Virus record (IMG/VR): IMGVR_UViG_3300005607_000421
DNA length: 35,546 bases
Direction: 5' to 3' (one strand)
Origin: a virus
Part shown: positions 25,343 to 33,516 of the stretch, piece after piece
Layout: the number at the start of each line of letters is the position of its first letter
How positions within the stretch are numbered: position 1 is the stretch's first letter
Notes under the pieces: model-generated
Told to the model about the DNA's origin: nothing
Databases searched by the model: none
Seen by the model: only the letters and a program-made list of their open reading frames with translations
Program-made: the position numbers and the translations under genes

Positions 25343-25797
25343 CCGGTAATCCCTCCCTTGACATAAACAGGGATAATGTCTCCGTCATTTGTGCCGGCAT
25401 ACAGCGCCACTGCAAACCCGTTCTTGTCACCTGACGTTGCCGCCTGCGCGTTGCCTGCAGTTGCCGAGGTCTCCAGCACCGTTCCAATCGCTATAGTGGA
25501 AGAAGAGCCCAGAACCTTGCACTTTGTAGCGCCAAACGTCACCACCTGAACAGAGTCTCCTGCATTGTCAGCGCAATAACCCGAAGACCTGTTTGGTCCA
25601 ACGGAGACGCCGATTACAGACTTGTTGTTGGATGTTGTGGTTGTAGTCACCCGGGGTAGTGTTTCATTTGTGCCGGCTGCGGCCAAAACGACAGGGGCCC
25701 ACCTTGGCAGGTTAGAGGAAGAAGAAATAAACTCCTCAACGACTGCGCCCTTTGTGATTGGGCCTTCCTGGATATTTTGATATTGTTCGCTTGCCAT
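25339..25797 (-). CDS. Capsid cement/decoration protein (DUF2190-like)
   Basis: 152 aa, A/G/T/S-rich; VIGVS...AGDSVQVVTFG...IAIGTVL...AGNA...FAVALYAG..GDIIPVYV; directly before the MCP gene. Confidence 0.78.
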   Translation of the reverse strand: MASEQYQNIQEGPITKGAVVEEFISSSSNLPRWAPVVLAAAGTNETLPRVTTTTTSNNKSVIGVSVGPNRSSGYCADNAGDSVQVVTFGATKCKVLGSSSTIAIGTVLETSATAGNAQAATSGDKNGFAVALYAGTNDGDIIPVYVKGGITG

Positions 25798-25820
25798 GGA
25801 TAATAGAGCGATAGATGAGC

Positions 25821-25835
25821 AAAAGAGAATTAATT
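25821..25835 (-). promoter_or_regulatory. Conserved module motif, copy 9
   Basis: aaaagagaattaatt, 24 nt from ATG 25797. Confidence 0.7.
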
Positions 25836-26041
25836 ATCAGCTGAACTGCCAGTAGATTTTGCTCCTAGTTCAGGGTTGTTCCAATTCAATTGGTTGCTGC
25901 ATACCAGAGAATTCACAAAATCGCTTCCTGCCAATATTCTATTCTGGCATGCATCCGAGGAGGAAATAAAATAATCTACCCGATGTTAACTTGCGTCTAC
26001 AGCACGACTTTATAATAACAAGCCAGCTATTTTGGTTTCGA

Positions 26042-26252
26042 TTATTGGTCGCTAGGTCTTCTTTCAATCTCCGCATCAATAGCTTCTTGGATATCTTTTG
26101 GAAGCTCACTGTATGGAAACCCATTCCTTAGCAGCGTTATAAATCCGCCAATAATAATCCATTTGCTGCCAACAAACATCATCGGGCCAAGGATTCTTAA
26201 ACCAGACGATACCGTCCTTGTCTACAATCTTGTGCTTGGAAACAGCTGACAT
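26042..26252 (-). pseudogene. Frameshifted homologue of the 79-aa partner gene (7400-7639)
   Basis: ATG 26252 gives MSAVSKHKIVDKDGIVWFKNPWPDDV. A +1 shift at about 26175 continues VGSKWIIIGGFITLLRNGFPYSELPKDIQEAIDAEIERRPSDQ* (TAA 26044-26042). Confidence 0.7.
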
Positions 26253-26264
26253 ATGACGGGAACT

Positions 26265-26477
26265 TTATGGATTAGATGGTGGCTGTGCACCTGAACCTCC
26301 TGCGGTGCCGCCATTACATGAACAGAACTGTCCATTCTCATCGCGGCAGCAATCATTGAATTCGCAAGTCTGAAATTCCCTCAAAACTTGATTTACATCA
26401 AACTGCCTTGTCTTGAAAGCCTTCTTGCTTGGCCCGAGCATTCGCAGATGGAAAGCAAATGGATCTTCAATAGACAT
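26265..26477 (-). CDS. Short conserved-leader protein (70 aa) with a Cys-substituted motif and no C-terminal domain
   Basis: MSIEDPFAFHLRMLGPSKKAFKTRQFDVNQVLREFQTCEFNDCCRDENGQFCSCNGGTAGGSGAQPPSNP*. Confidence 0.7.
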   Translation of the reverse strand: MSIEDPFAFHLRMLGPSKKAFKTRQFDVNQVLREFQTCEFNDCCRDENGQFCSCNGGTAGGSGAQPPSNP

Positions 26478-26508
26478 TGAAATCATATGCCAGATAAAGC
26501 AAGGCATA

Positions 26509-26522
26509 AAAAGAGAAGTAAG
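26509..26522 (-). promoter_or_regulatory. Conserved module motif, copy 10 (AAGTAAG variant)
   Basis: aaaagagaagtaag, 32 nt from ATG 26477. Confidence 0.65.
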
Positions 26523-26563
26523 TCACTTAATTGCAAACAGCAAATGTCTGGCTTGCTGACTAG

Positions 26564-26788
26564 CTAACTTGCCAACTTTACGATGCCATGCCTTCTATAG
26601 CAGAAGCCGCAATCAACTATTATCGTGAACCTGTTGAGCAGCTGCGGTACAACCTCTGAAGCTGGCAAGAGTGGATTTATCCGCTTCATATACTCTTCCG
26701 GGATTGCATAGAGTGGTGCTATCTTGCATTCTATTTTTTCCTCTTTCAGGCATTTTGGACAAAAACAAAATACCAATCGACCAATCAT
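26564..26788 (-). CDS. Small zinc-ribbon-like protein
   Basis: 74 aa with CPKC and CGFC pairs; follows the protease gene. Confidence 0.55.
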   Translation of the reverse strand: MIGRLVFCFCPKCLKEEKIECKIAPLYAIPEEYMKRINPLLPASEVVPQLLNRFTIIVDCGFCYRRHGIVKLAS

Positions 26789-26822
26789 CGACCTTGAAAA
26801 TAAAAATTCAGAGGGGCCTATT

Positions 26823-28814
26823 CTACTCTGGCAGGGGTACCAGCATCAGCTTTGCCCTCAACATCTCTATGTCCTTTTTTGTGTATTTGGTTTCTGATTG
26901 CGGCGCTGCTCCATAGGCTGTCGAGACAGTCTCGTTGATTCTCGGTTGGGAGGTGAGGTTGTGATAAGTTGTTGGCTGTAGCTTTGCCCTAGTCTTTGTA
27001 AACTCAAGCACCTGTTCAGACAGATTCTTAAAAGATTGTTTCAGTCCATTTACTTCTTTGCGGAGTTCTTCAATTTCGTCTTCTTCCTGCTCACCATCTT
27101 CATCTGCCTTGGATCCAGATCCACCTTGGCTGACTTGGCCCTGCTTTGATTGGGCCGCCGGCTTTGCGTCACTTCCGCCATCTCCTGCTGTCGGCTTTAG
27201 GGCAAGAGTGGAATTGTCGTCATCTATTCCCCTGTCAGGCACAGTCTGCTTCTTTGGCACGCCGGGCCTTGACTGTGGGTTGCCCTGATCTGTTGCATAA
27301 TCGACTTCATCTTCTTTTGCCATCTTTTTGTTTTTATCGGAAGGTGGCGATCTGCTTGGCGGGACTGAATACTGCTGCGGCTGCTTTCCACTTGCTGCTG
27401 GCGGTTGACCGCGGGGCACATCAGAAGGTGGCTGCTGCGGCATGAATCCTCCGGCATTTGCTCCTGCGCTTGAACTTGAGCTTGAGCCAAATGAGCCGGA
27501 ACCGCTACTATCTTCTGTGTCATCGGTGTTGCTAAAAGAACCTGTCTGGACCTGCGGCTGCTGTTTCGGATCTGGAAATGAACTTTTGGCATCCTGTAGC
27601 GACCGGTAAAGGTCATTTGCTATCACCGACAGCGCCTTTACTGCATCTCCTGAAGCCAGAGCATCATTGAATGTCTGCAGGTCTTCCCTTACAAGGTATT
27701 TTTCGGCATGCAGGATCCTTTCCTGAAGCTGCGGCTTGGTACCGCGGGCCAGTACCGGCCTTGATATTGGTTGTGATTGGGATTGGAACATATCACCAGT
27801 ATTTACACCTCTTAGCAAAAGAGAACTATCTCCGCCACATGTAACAGGCAGGTTTGTCTCCACAACCTGCACAGAAGTATTCCAGTCGCCAGGTCTTTCA
27901 GGTTCGACTGGTTTTCCCATGTACCTTGCACCCTCTTTTGTGACGACATAGGCCATCGCTGCACCATTACCATCACCTTCGCCAAATATCACGCCTTCCG
28001 GCACTGCCCGGCACGCACATGCAACAGAGCCACATGAATCGCAGACCTGGCTCTCCCTTCGAGGATAGCCCTGCATCGATACTGCAGTGATGTAGCCTTG
28101 GCGTATCAGTTCCAGAATTTCCGGGTCTTCCTCATATACGATATACTCGGCAGTTCTGGTCTGCTCGTTGTACTCGCCGTCTACTATGAGGTGCCTGTAG
28201 GCAGGATTCAGAGGGATTTCGTGGTTGATGTTCAATGTCTTGCCTATCGCAGTATAGGCAGATTTTTTCAGCTGCTCTTCTGTCCACTCCCGCGGCCCGT
28301 GGCCCTGGTTGAAAGGGTCAGTTATCATCGGGTGAAGTCCCTCAACAAGCAGGAATTTTCCTTCCATGCCGCTTTGCTTTGCTATGTGCTTGAGTTTGCC
28401 CAAGTCAGGGTACCACGAGAATGATGCGGCACTTGTAGTAACTTCTTGAATCTGTTCTGGAGTCTCAAAAATTCTGGGCAAAGAGCAGTTACCTTCAACC
28501 AAGCTTGGCTTTATCCTTGAAGCTTCTGCCAAGACAGCGGAGCTGGAAATTTTCCTGTTTTCTCCCCCTCGTCCTTTTTCCATTTCGATCTTTGACTTGA
28601 TAAACCCGCAGTAGGCATGAGGATCGTCCTTGTCGCCATTTTTTGCGACACAGTCGTCAAAGTCAGAGTAAGGCCCGATTGGCTCTCCTATCTGTTTTTC
28701 TGTGAAATGAAATCCTCTTTGTGAAAGGTACAGCTTGAGGGCTGCAGTATGGTAGTTCATTCCTCCTTCTTGCACTGATTTGCGCTCTTGCATCCCCCTC
28801 TCCTCCTCAGCCAT
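26823..28814 (-). CDS. Prohead (maturation) protease fused to a scaffold-like region
   Basis: Protease core FLLVEG...REWTEEQLKKSA...GKTLNINHE (His)...GYITAVSMQG (Ser), then a long Q/S/G/P-rich disordered region and a C-terminal coiled coil (EIEELRKEVNGLKQSFKNLSEQV). Located between portal and capsid genes. Confidence 0.85.
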   Translation of the reverse strand: MAEEERGMQERKSVQEGGMNYHTAALKLYLSQRGFHFTEKQIGEPIGPYSDFDDCVAKNGDKDDPHAYCGFIKSKIEMEKGRGGENRKISSSAVLAEASRIKPSLVEGNCSLPRIFETPEQIQEVTTSAASFSWYPDLGKLKHIAKQSGMEGKFLLVEGLHPMITDPFNQGHGPREWTEEQLKKSAYTAIGKTLNINHEIPLNPAYRHLIVDGEYNEQTRTAEYIVYEEDPEILELIRQGYITAVSMQGYPRRESQVCDSCGSVACACRAVPEGVIFGEGDGNGAAMAYVVTKEGARYMGKPVEPERPGDWNTSVQVVETNLPVTCGGDSSLLLRGVNTGDMFQSQSQPISRPVLARGTKPQLQERILHAEKYLVREDLQTFNDALASGDAVKALSVIANDLYRSLQDAKSSFPDPKQQPQVQTGSFSNTDDTEDSSGSGSFGSSSSSSAGANAGGFMPQQPPSDVPRGQPPAASGKQPQQYSVPPSRSPPSDKNKKMAKEDEVDYATDQGNPQSRPGVPKKQTVPDRGIDDDNSTLALKPTAGDGGSDAKPAAQSKQGQVSQGGSGSKADEDGEQEEDEIEELRKEVNGLKQSFKNLSEQVLEFTKTRAKLQPTTYHNLTSQPRINETVSTAYGAAPQSETKYTKKDIEMLRAKLMLVPLPE

Positions 28815-28823
28815 CTCGATCTG

Positions 28824-30275
28824 CTAGCCACCAGAGTTATCGCCCATAGCCATCCCAAGAAACGCATTGTTGAGCTTGTTCTTTACTGCCTGCTCCTGCT
28901 CTGTCTGCGATGGCTGCTCTTCAGGGTCGATAGGCAGACCATTCTCTGCCAGAATCTTGCGTATGTCCCTGACTGAAAATGCCTCCGGCTTTGCCGTCAC
29001 AAGTCGGGCAAATCCCTGCCCGTCAATTTCCATCTTTTCGGGCTGTCCCCATACCAGCTGCAGATCTGCCAGCTTCCACGGTATAACCACTCCGTTTGCA
29101 TCCGTGGTGGGGTTCTGGTCGTACCAGCTCTTCAAGATAAAGCGCTCAATCTGCCGCCTGAAAATGCGCTGAAAGCCGACCAGATTCATAAGAGCTGCTT
29201 CTTTTGCAGATTGCGCGCTGGCCTCAGTCAGGGCGCCCTTCTCAAACAGCCTCGAAACAGGCGTCCCTATCGCCTTTATCACCGCATTTGTGTAAAGCGA
29301 GGTAAAGGCCTCAAGGTCTATAGCTTTTGTCTGGTTGCCAAGCTGGAGCACGTCAGCCTGACCGTCTGGCAGCACAAAATCCTGCTCGTCTAGCAGCTGG
29401 TTGATGGAAGATGCCAAAGCGGAAGCCTGTTGGGGCGAAGCGCTAGGTGTCTTGTAGACATTTCTCGGGATATAGCGCTTGATTATCTTGTGTGCAGTAT
29501 CTTCTATGGAACGTTTGATGTCCATAAGGGACATCCTTGTGTAGGTGCTGTCAAGGCCGTTCCAGTTCAGCCTGTAGTCTACCTTTTGCACCAGCGGGGC
29601 TAAAAGGCCAAGGCCATAGGGAGACCCGTTTACTATCCTGTAGCGGAAATGTATCAGCTCTGAAGGCAGGTATCGGCGCACTGCATAGCCACGAAATTCG
29701 TAAAATCCTATCGTCGAATCCTGGGTCCAGCCATTCCACCAGATTCTCTTCAAAGCGGTGAGGGGCATCTGTACAAGCTGGTCGAATTTGTTTGCCCTGT
29801 CAGTATATTCTCCATACCGCCAGACTGAATTTCCATAGGCTAAAGTCTCGTAAGCTGCAGTCTGCACAATAAAGTCAAGGTTGATGTCTTCGGCAAAGTC
29901 TTCAAAATAGCTGACTATTCTGCTTGAAGGTGCAGCGAAATGAAAGCCTGCTCCCACTGCAACCGAGGTTACAAAATCAATGCCGAACTTGATCTCAGAA
30001 TCGAGTGTGTAGGCATTGAGCATATCTGCAAATGAAACTTCGGGGGCGACCCATATCGCGTACTTGTTGATTGGCCGGTACACCGGATCTGGCAGGTCGT
30101 CAACCGACAAATCAGGGAATGTTCCATAACGGAAATACCTCGCTGCGGACATGAGTGGCATGTTGCTTTTTCCTGCCTGTGCGTGGGGTTGAATTCCGGC
30201 AGTGTAATCAGTTTCCCTCTGCTGTGGCCGAGTTGTCATCCTCAATCCAAACAGCTTGGACAACAGGCTAGGCAT
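28824..30275 (-). CDS. Portal protein
   Basis: 483 aa; MLNAYTLDSEIKFGID...VGAGFHF...ETLAYGNSVW...ELIHFRY...SPYGLGLL...AIGTPVSRL...FQRIFRRQIERFI...LVW is a portal pattern. Confidence 0.9.
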   Translation of the reverse strand: MPSLLSKLFGLRMTTRPQQRETDYTAGIQPHAQAGKSNMPLMSAARYFRYGTFPDLSVDDLPDPVYRPINKYAIWVAPEVSFADMLNAYTLDSEIKFGIDFVTSVAVGAGFHFAAPSSRIVSYFEDFAEDINLDFIVQTAAYETLAYGNSVWRYGEYTDRANKFDQLVQMPLTALKRIWWNGWTQDSTIGFYEFRGYAVRRYLPSELIHFRYRIVNGSPYGLGLLAPLVQKVDYRLNWNGLDSTYTRMSLMDIKRSIEDTAHKIIKRYIPRNVYKTPSASPQQASALASSINQLLDEQDFVLPDGQADVLQLGNQTKAIDLEAFTSLYTNAVIKAIGTPVSRLFEKGALTEASAQSAKEAALMNLVGFQRIFRRQIERFILKSWYDQNPTTDANGVVIPWKLADLQLVWGQPEKMEIDGQGFARLVTAKPEAFSVRDIRKILAENGLPIDPEEQPSQTEQEQAVKNKLNNAFLGMAMGDNSGG

Positions 30276-30324
30276 ATTTTCTAACCACCGTCATTGACAA
30301 TATAACAAAGAATGAAGTCGAAGA

Positions 30325-30340
30325 GAAAAAGAATTAATTG
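30325..30340 (-). promoter_or_regulatory. Conserved module motif, variant copy 11
   Basis: gaaaaagaattaattg, 50 nt from the portal ATG 30275. Confidence 0.55.
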
Positions 30341-30633
30341 ATTGAAGCATGGTTTTTTATGAACTTGACTTGCACACTGGAGCTAGAGTGTTTGCAATGG
30401 CATCCATGAGCCGGAATATGTTTGCTTTTTTCCCATTATTCCGGGTCGAGTCCAAAACAAAAAGGAGAGATTGGTATCTTGGCAAAGAAGGTAATGGTGG
30501 GTCAAGTACCCAACTGAAGAATGCAGAGCTATGGTAGACTGCTTATGACTGGCTAAACGAAAAGACACGGATGTATGCATCTGGAGATGAACCCCTAATA
30601 GTTTCATTTATGTGAAACCAGCGAATTACACTT

Positions 30634-31230
30634 TTAAGGCGACCAATCTTCAGTAACAAGATGTGTAAATGTAGGTGGATCAAGAATCTTTCGATACACC
30701 CAAACCTTCTTTTCTAAATCTTGCTTCTTGGAATATTTGAAACCACATTTTTCCTCATAATACTTGAGCCTGCTTTTGTCTGTCTGTAAGCAAACGACAG
30801 CACATGCTACCCTTTGGTTAGTGTCCTGCGCCAAACCTAGACAGAAATTGCAAATTGCTTTTCCTACACTTTGCTTCTGGAATTTGCTGTCAACACCCAT
30901 ATTCCCAAGCAACATGGCAGGATAAGATTTCGGGGTGTAGCCGGTTACTGTATCCTCTTTTGAGAGTTTTTCTACCGAAATAGCACCCATTGAAGTAGTG
31001 AAGAAGGCTATGATTTCACCTTCATACCTTACTGCATAAATGGTGCTAAGGTTGTTTTTTCTATACAGTTTCGCTTTGTTATGAATGAAATCGTCAATAC
31101 CTAAAGGGTCAGAACCGTCATTTTCTTTACAATTTAGTTTAGAAAAGTCATCTGCTTCTGTGGAAATGGAAAAGGAAAGTTTATCACGGTTTATCAATTG
31201 GACAGTGCTTCTTGTAGAAATTGTATGCAT
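30634..31230 (-). CDS. GNAT-family acetyltransferase, type II toxin-like
   Basis: LNC...GIDDFIHNKA...IIAFFT...YPAMLLGNMGVDSKFQKQSVGK...LKYYEEKCGF resembles AtaT/TacT-like toxins. The true start may be TTG near 31197. Confidence 0.8.
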   Translation of the reverse strand: MHTISTRSTVQLINRDKLSFSISTEADDFSKLNCKENDGSDPLGIDDFIHNKAKLYRKNNLSTIYAVRYEGEIIAFFTTSMGAISVEKLSKEDTVTGYTPKSYPAMLLGNMGVDSKFQKQSVGKAICNFCLGLAQDTNQRVACAVVCLQTDKSRLKYYEEKCGFKYSKKQDLEKKVWVYRKILDPPTFTHLVTEDWSP

Positions 31231-31339
31231 CTTTTAACGATTGCTTTTCTTCACTAGAAAGTGGCTTGGACATATATTCCAGAAAGTCCTTTGCTTCTTT
31301 GTTCTTCAATACTGCGATTCTTTCTTCTGTCAGTTCCAT
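31184..31339 (-). CDS. Putative antitoxin (51 aa) upstream of the GNAT gene, not in the ORF track
   Basis: MELTEERIAVLKNKEAKDFLEYMSKPLSSEEKQSLKDAYNFYKKHCPIDKP. It overlaps the GNAT start and resembles the C-terminal half of DUF1778-type antitoxins. Confidence 0.6.
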   Translation of the reverse strand: MELTEERIAVLKNKEAKDFLEYMSKPLSSEEKQSLKDAYNFYKKHCPIDKP

Positions 31340-31419
31340 ATTCTTTCGCACTTCCTTATGCGTTAGTATATAGATCTGCAGATTATAAAACGTACCGTTA
31401 GAATTTTTAGTGACACGGC

Positions 31420-31431
31420 TTTATATATAAA
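31420..31431 (-). promoter_or_regulatory. Palindromic TATA box of the TA module
   Basis: TTTATATATAAA upstream of the antitoxin ORF. Confidence 0.45.
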
Positions 31432-31601
31432 GTCCATTATAACTACTCACATTTATCCTTCCTTCATTTTCTTCAATTACTCATTCGTATGCAGCTCGAT
31501 CTGTCTCATTATATAACTCAATGGCAATTCTATGCTCATTTCCATGTAGTTTTTGATTTCATTAGCCAGCTTGAGATCGAGCGTTGCAGTCATCTTCATC
31601 T

Positions 31602-31733
31602 TCAGAAGCAGCCTGAAATGGCTCTCATCTGCATCAGCAAAACCTGCAACTTTTCCTTATCATCATCGGTATCAAAGTTCTTCATATTGTCCGACCTGAC
31701 ATGAGCTGCCTCGTGCACTGTGTAAGCAAAGAC
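31602..31733 (-). pseudogene. Orphan fragment of the HExxH effector domain
   Basis: VFAYTVHEAAHVRSDNMKNFDTDDDKEKL aligns with VYSTAVHEAAHAKWDNMQHFGSEEDKQKV of 32447-33481. It has no in-frame start codon (stops lie directly upstream). Confidence 0.75.
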
Positions 31734-31749
31734 TTACTATTCTATTCAT

Positions 31750-32073
31750 CTAATATTGCATGATATAATACTTCAAGAGCTTTTTGTACTCTTGCTGCTC
31801 TATGTCGGTCAGGGATGCAAGCAATGCATGTTGTTGCTCTTCCAGCTTCAACCGCTCTGCCTCCTCGGCCCATGGGCCTTCGGGCTCGAAAACTGCTACC
31901 ATATGGATGCCATTCTGCTCTTTCCCTGCTTCAACCTTGCCATCAGATGTCAGTCTGAATCCAATCCATCTGTGACGACTAGCAACAGGAGAAGTCGAGA
32001 GCATCTTGGCAAGTTTGGTGCTATTATCCAGCAGTCTTTGCACATTAGCGCTTCTGGCTTTTGGTATCTGCAT
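31750..32073 (-). CDS. Partner/immunity-candidate protein, paralogue 2
   Basis: 107 aa, roughly half identical by eye to 32103-32450. Confidence 0.75.
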   Translation of the reverse strand: MQIPKARSANVQRLLDNSTKLAKMLSTSPVASRHRWIGFRLTSDGKVEAGKEQNGIHMVAVFEPEGPWAEEAERLKLEEQQHALLASLTDIEQQEYKKLLKYYIMQY

Positions 32074-32102
32074 AGTGGAGTTACCTGCCAGCCAGCCTCT
32101 AT

Positions 32103-32450
32103 CTATCGTTGATTAGCCAGCTTAAGAAGCCTTCTATATTCCTCTCGTTCTTCGTCTGTCAGCGAGAAAAGCAACGCACGCTGTTCCTGCTCAATCCTCA
32201 AGCGTTCAGCCTCCTCGGCCCAAGGGCCGACAGGGTCAAAACCTGCCACTGCAGGAATAGAACCAATCCACCCTCCCGCCACCACTTTGCCGTCACTGCC
32301 AAGTTCAAAACCTCGCCAGCCGTCTACACCTATACCTTGTGTAAGAGCCTTGGTCAGTTTAGCTCTGTTCTCCAACATTCTTTGGACATTTGCACTCTTG
32401 GCTTTTGGTAACTGTTGCATAGGCGAATACCTGTTTGTGTATAATGTCAT
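32103..32450 (-). CDS. Partner/immunity-candidate protein, paralogue 1
   Basis: 115 aa, 4-nt overlap with the stop of the HExxH leader protein. Confidence 0.75.
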   Translation of the reverse strand: MTLYTNRYSPMQQLPKAKSANVQRMLENRAKLTKALTQGIGVDGWRGFELGSDGKVVAGGWIGSIPAVAGFDPVGPWAEEAERLRIEQEQRALLFSLTDEEREEYRRLLKLANQR

Positions 32451-33481
32451 TTGCCGGTATTTATCATCTTCCGGAAAGCATCATGCAAGCCTTTCATCTG
32501 TGGATACTGTTTCTCCACCTCGGATAGATATTCTTCACCGCTTATCTTGCGGCCCAAGCGTTGTGGAAGGGTTGCAGTGCGACGCGGAGCTCCATAGTAC
32601 GCCTGCGATATCGTCGTAAAAGTCTCCTGCCTGTCAGAATCGATGTTTCTTGCCTGTGGGTCAGGAGTGCCGTAAGGACCATATGCATCTGCAAAAGCTA
32701 GCCTGTTGTCATATCCAGATTCAGAATGAAACAAGTTGTCACGCTCCTGTGAAAAATTCTCTACTTTTTGTTTATCTTCTTCTGAGCCAAAATGTTGCAT
32801 GTTGTCCCACTTGGCATGTGCAGCCTCGTGAACTGCAGTGGAATAGACATCCTCTGGCGTCCTGCCTGTAGCCAGTGCCAGGTCTTTACGCTCAAGACCA
32901 TAACCATGTTCTTCATTAGCATCGAGGATTTCTCCCATGGGGGTGATTGATGGAATGTAAGCACCATAGGCTTCATTTCCACTCAGGGGTATTGTAGCGC
33001 CGTCATGAACCATAACTCTATTGATGTTCTCCAAGTGCTTTCGTGGTAGTGTATTCAGTGCTTTGCTTATGGCTTCCTTATGTTCGTCGGATAGAGTGAC
33101 AGGCTTGCCATGCAGGTTGACCGCAGAATCTAATTTTGATTTTATCAGGGCCTGTTTGGCCTTGTCCCCTGTGGCGTCTTTTGATTTTGAACCATTAGCG
33201 TTTGCATTTGATTTTTTCGTACCTGAACCTGAGCTTGGTTCTTTTGATTTAGCACCTGGAGAAGATTTAAGAGGCCCTCCAGTATTCCCACCTCCGCCTC
33301 CACCATCGCCGGATGCAAATCTTCCCCTTTCGTCATGGTTTGGGTTAAACTCCAGATATTGGTTCTGAGCTTGAAATTCCTGCAGAACTCGATGGACATC
33401 AAACTGTCTTGTTCTACCTGTCTTCTTTCTAAAACCTAGCATCCTAATGTGGATGGCAAATGGGTCATCTTCGATAGACAT
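32447..33481 (-). CDS. Conserved-leader protein, type B (leader + G/S/K linker + zincin metallopeptidase domain)
   Basis: Leader MSIEDDPFAIHIRMLG...RQFDVHRVLQEF...LEFNPNHDERGRFASG; HEAAH motif with a downstream candidate third ligand (QETF). Confidence 0.82.
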   Translation of the reverse strand: MSIEDDPFAIHIRMLGFRKKTGRTRQFDVHRVLQEFQAQNQYLEFNPNHDERGRFASGDGGGGGGNTGGPLKSSPGAKSKEPSSGSGTKKSNANANGSKSKDATGDKAKQALIKSKLDSAVNLHGKPVTLSDEHKEAISKALNTLPRKHLENINRVMVHDGATIPLSGNEAYGAYIPSITPMGEILDANEEHGYGLERKDLALATGRTPEDVYSTAVHEAAHAKWDNMQHFGSEEDKQKVENFSQERDNLFHSESGYDNRLAFADAYGPYGTPDPQARNIDSDRQETFTTISQAYYGAPRRTATLPQRLGRKISGEEYLSEVEKQYPQMKGLHDAFRKMINTGK

Positions 33482-33516
33482 TGAAATTAACTACAGAAAC
33501 AAAGTTGCATGGTATG

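Noticed and set aside
25939-26124. 61-aa ORF from the track
   Set aside because: A different frame in the same region aligns with the 79-aa partner protein and explains the sequence better.
30340-30633. Small ORFs between the GNAT and portal genes as a terminase small subunit
   Set aside because: The ORFs (30349-30537 plus, 30383-30607 minus) show no terminase-like features and no module motif or RBS support.
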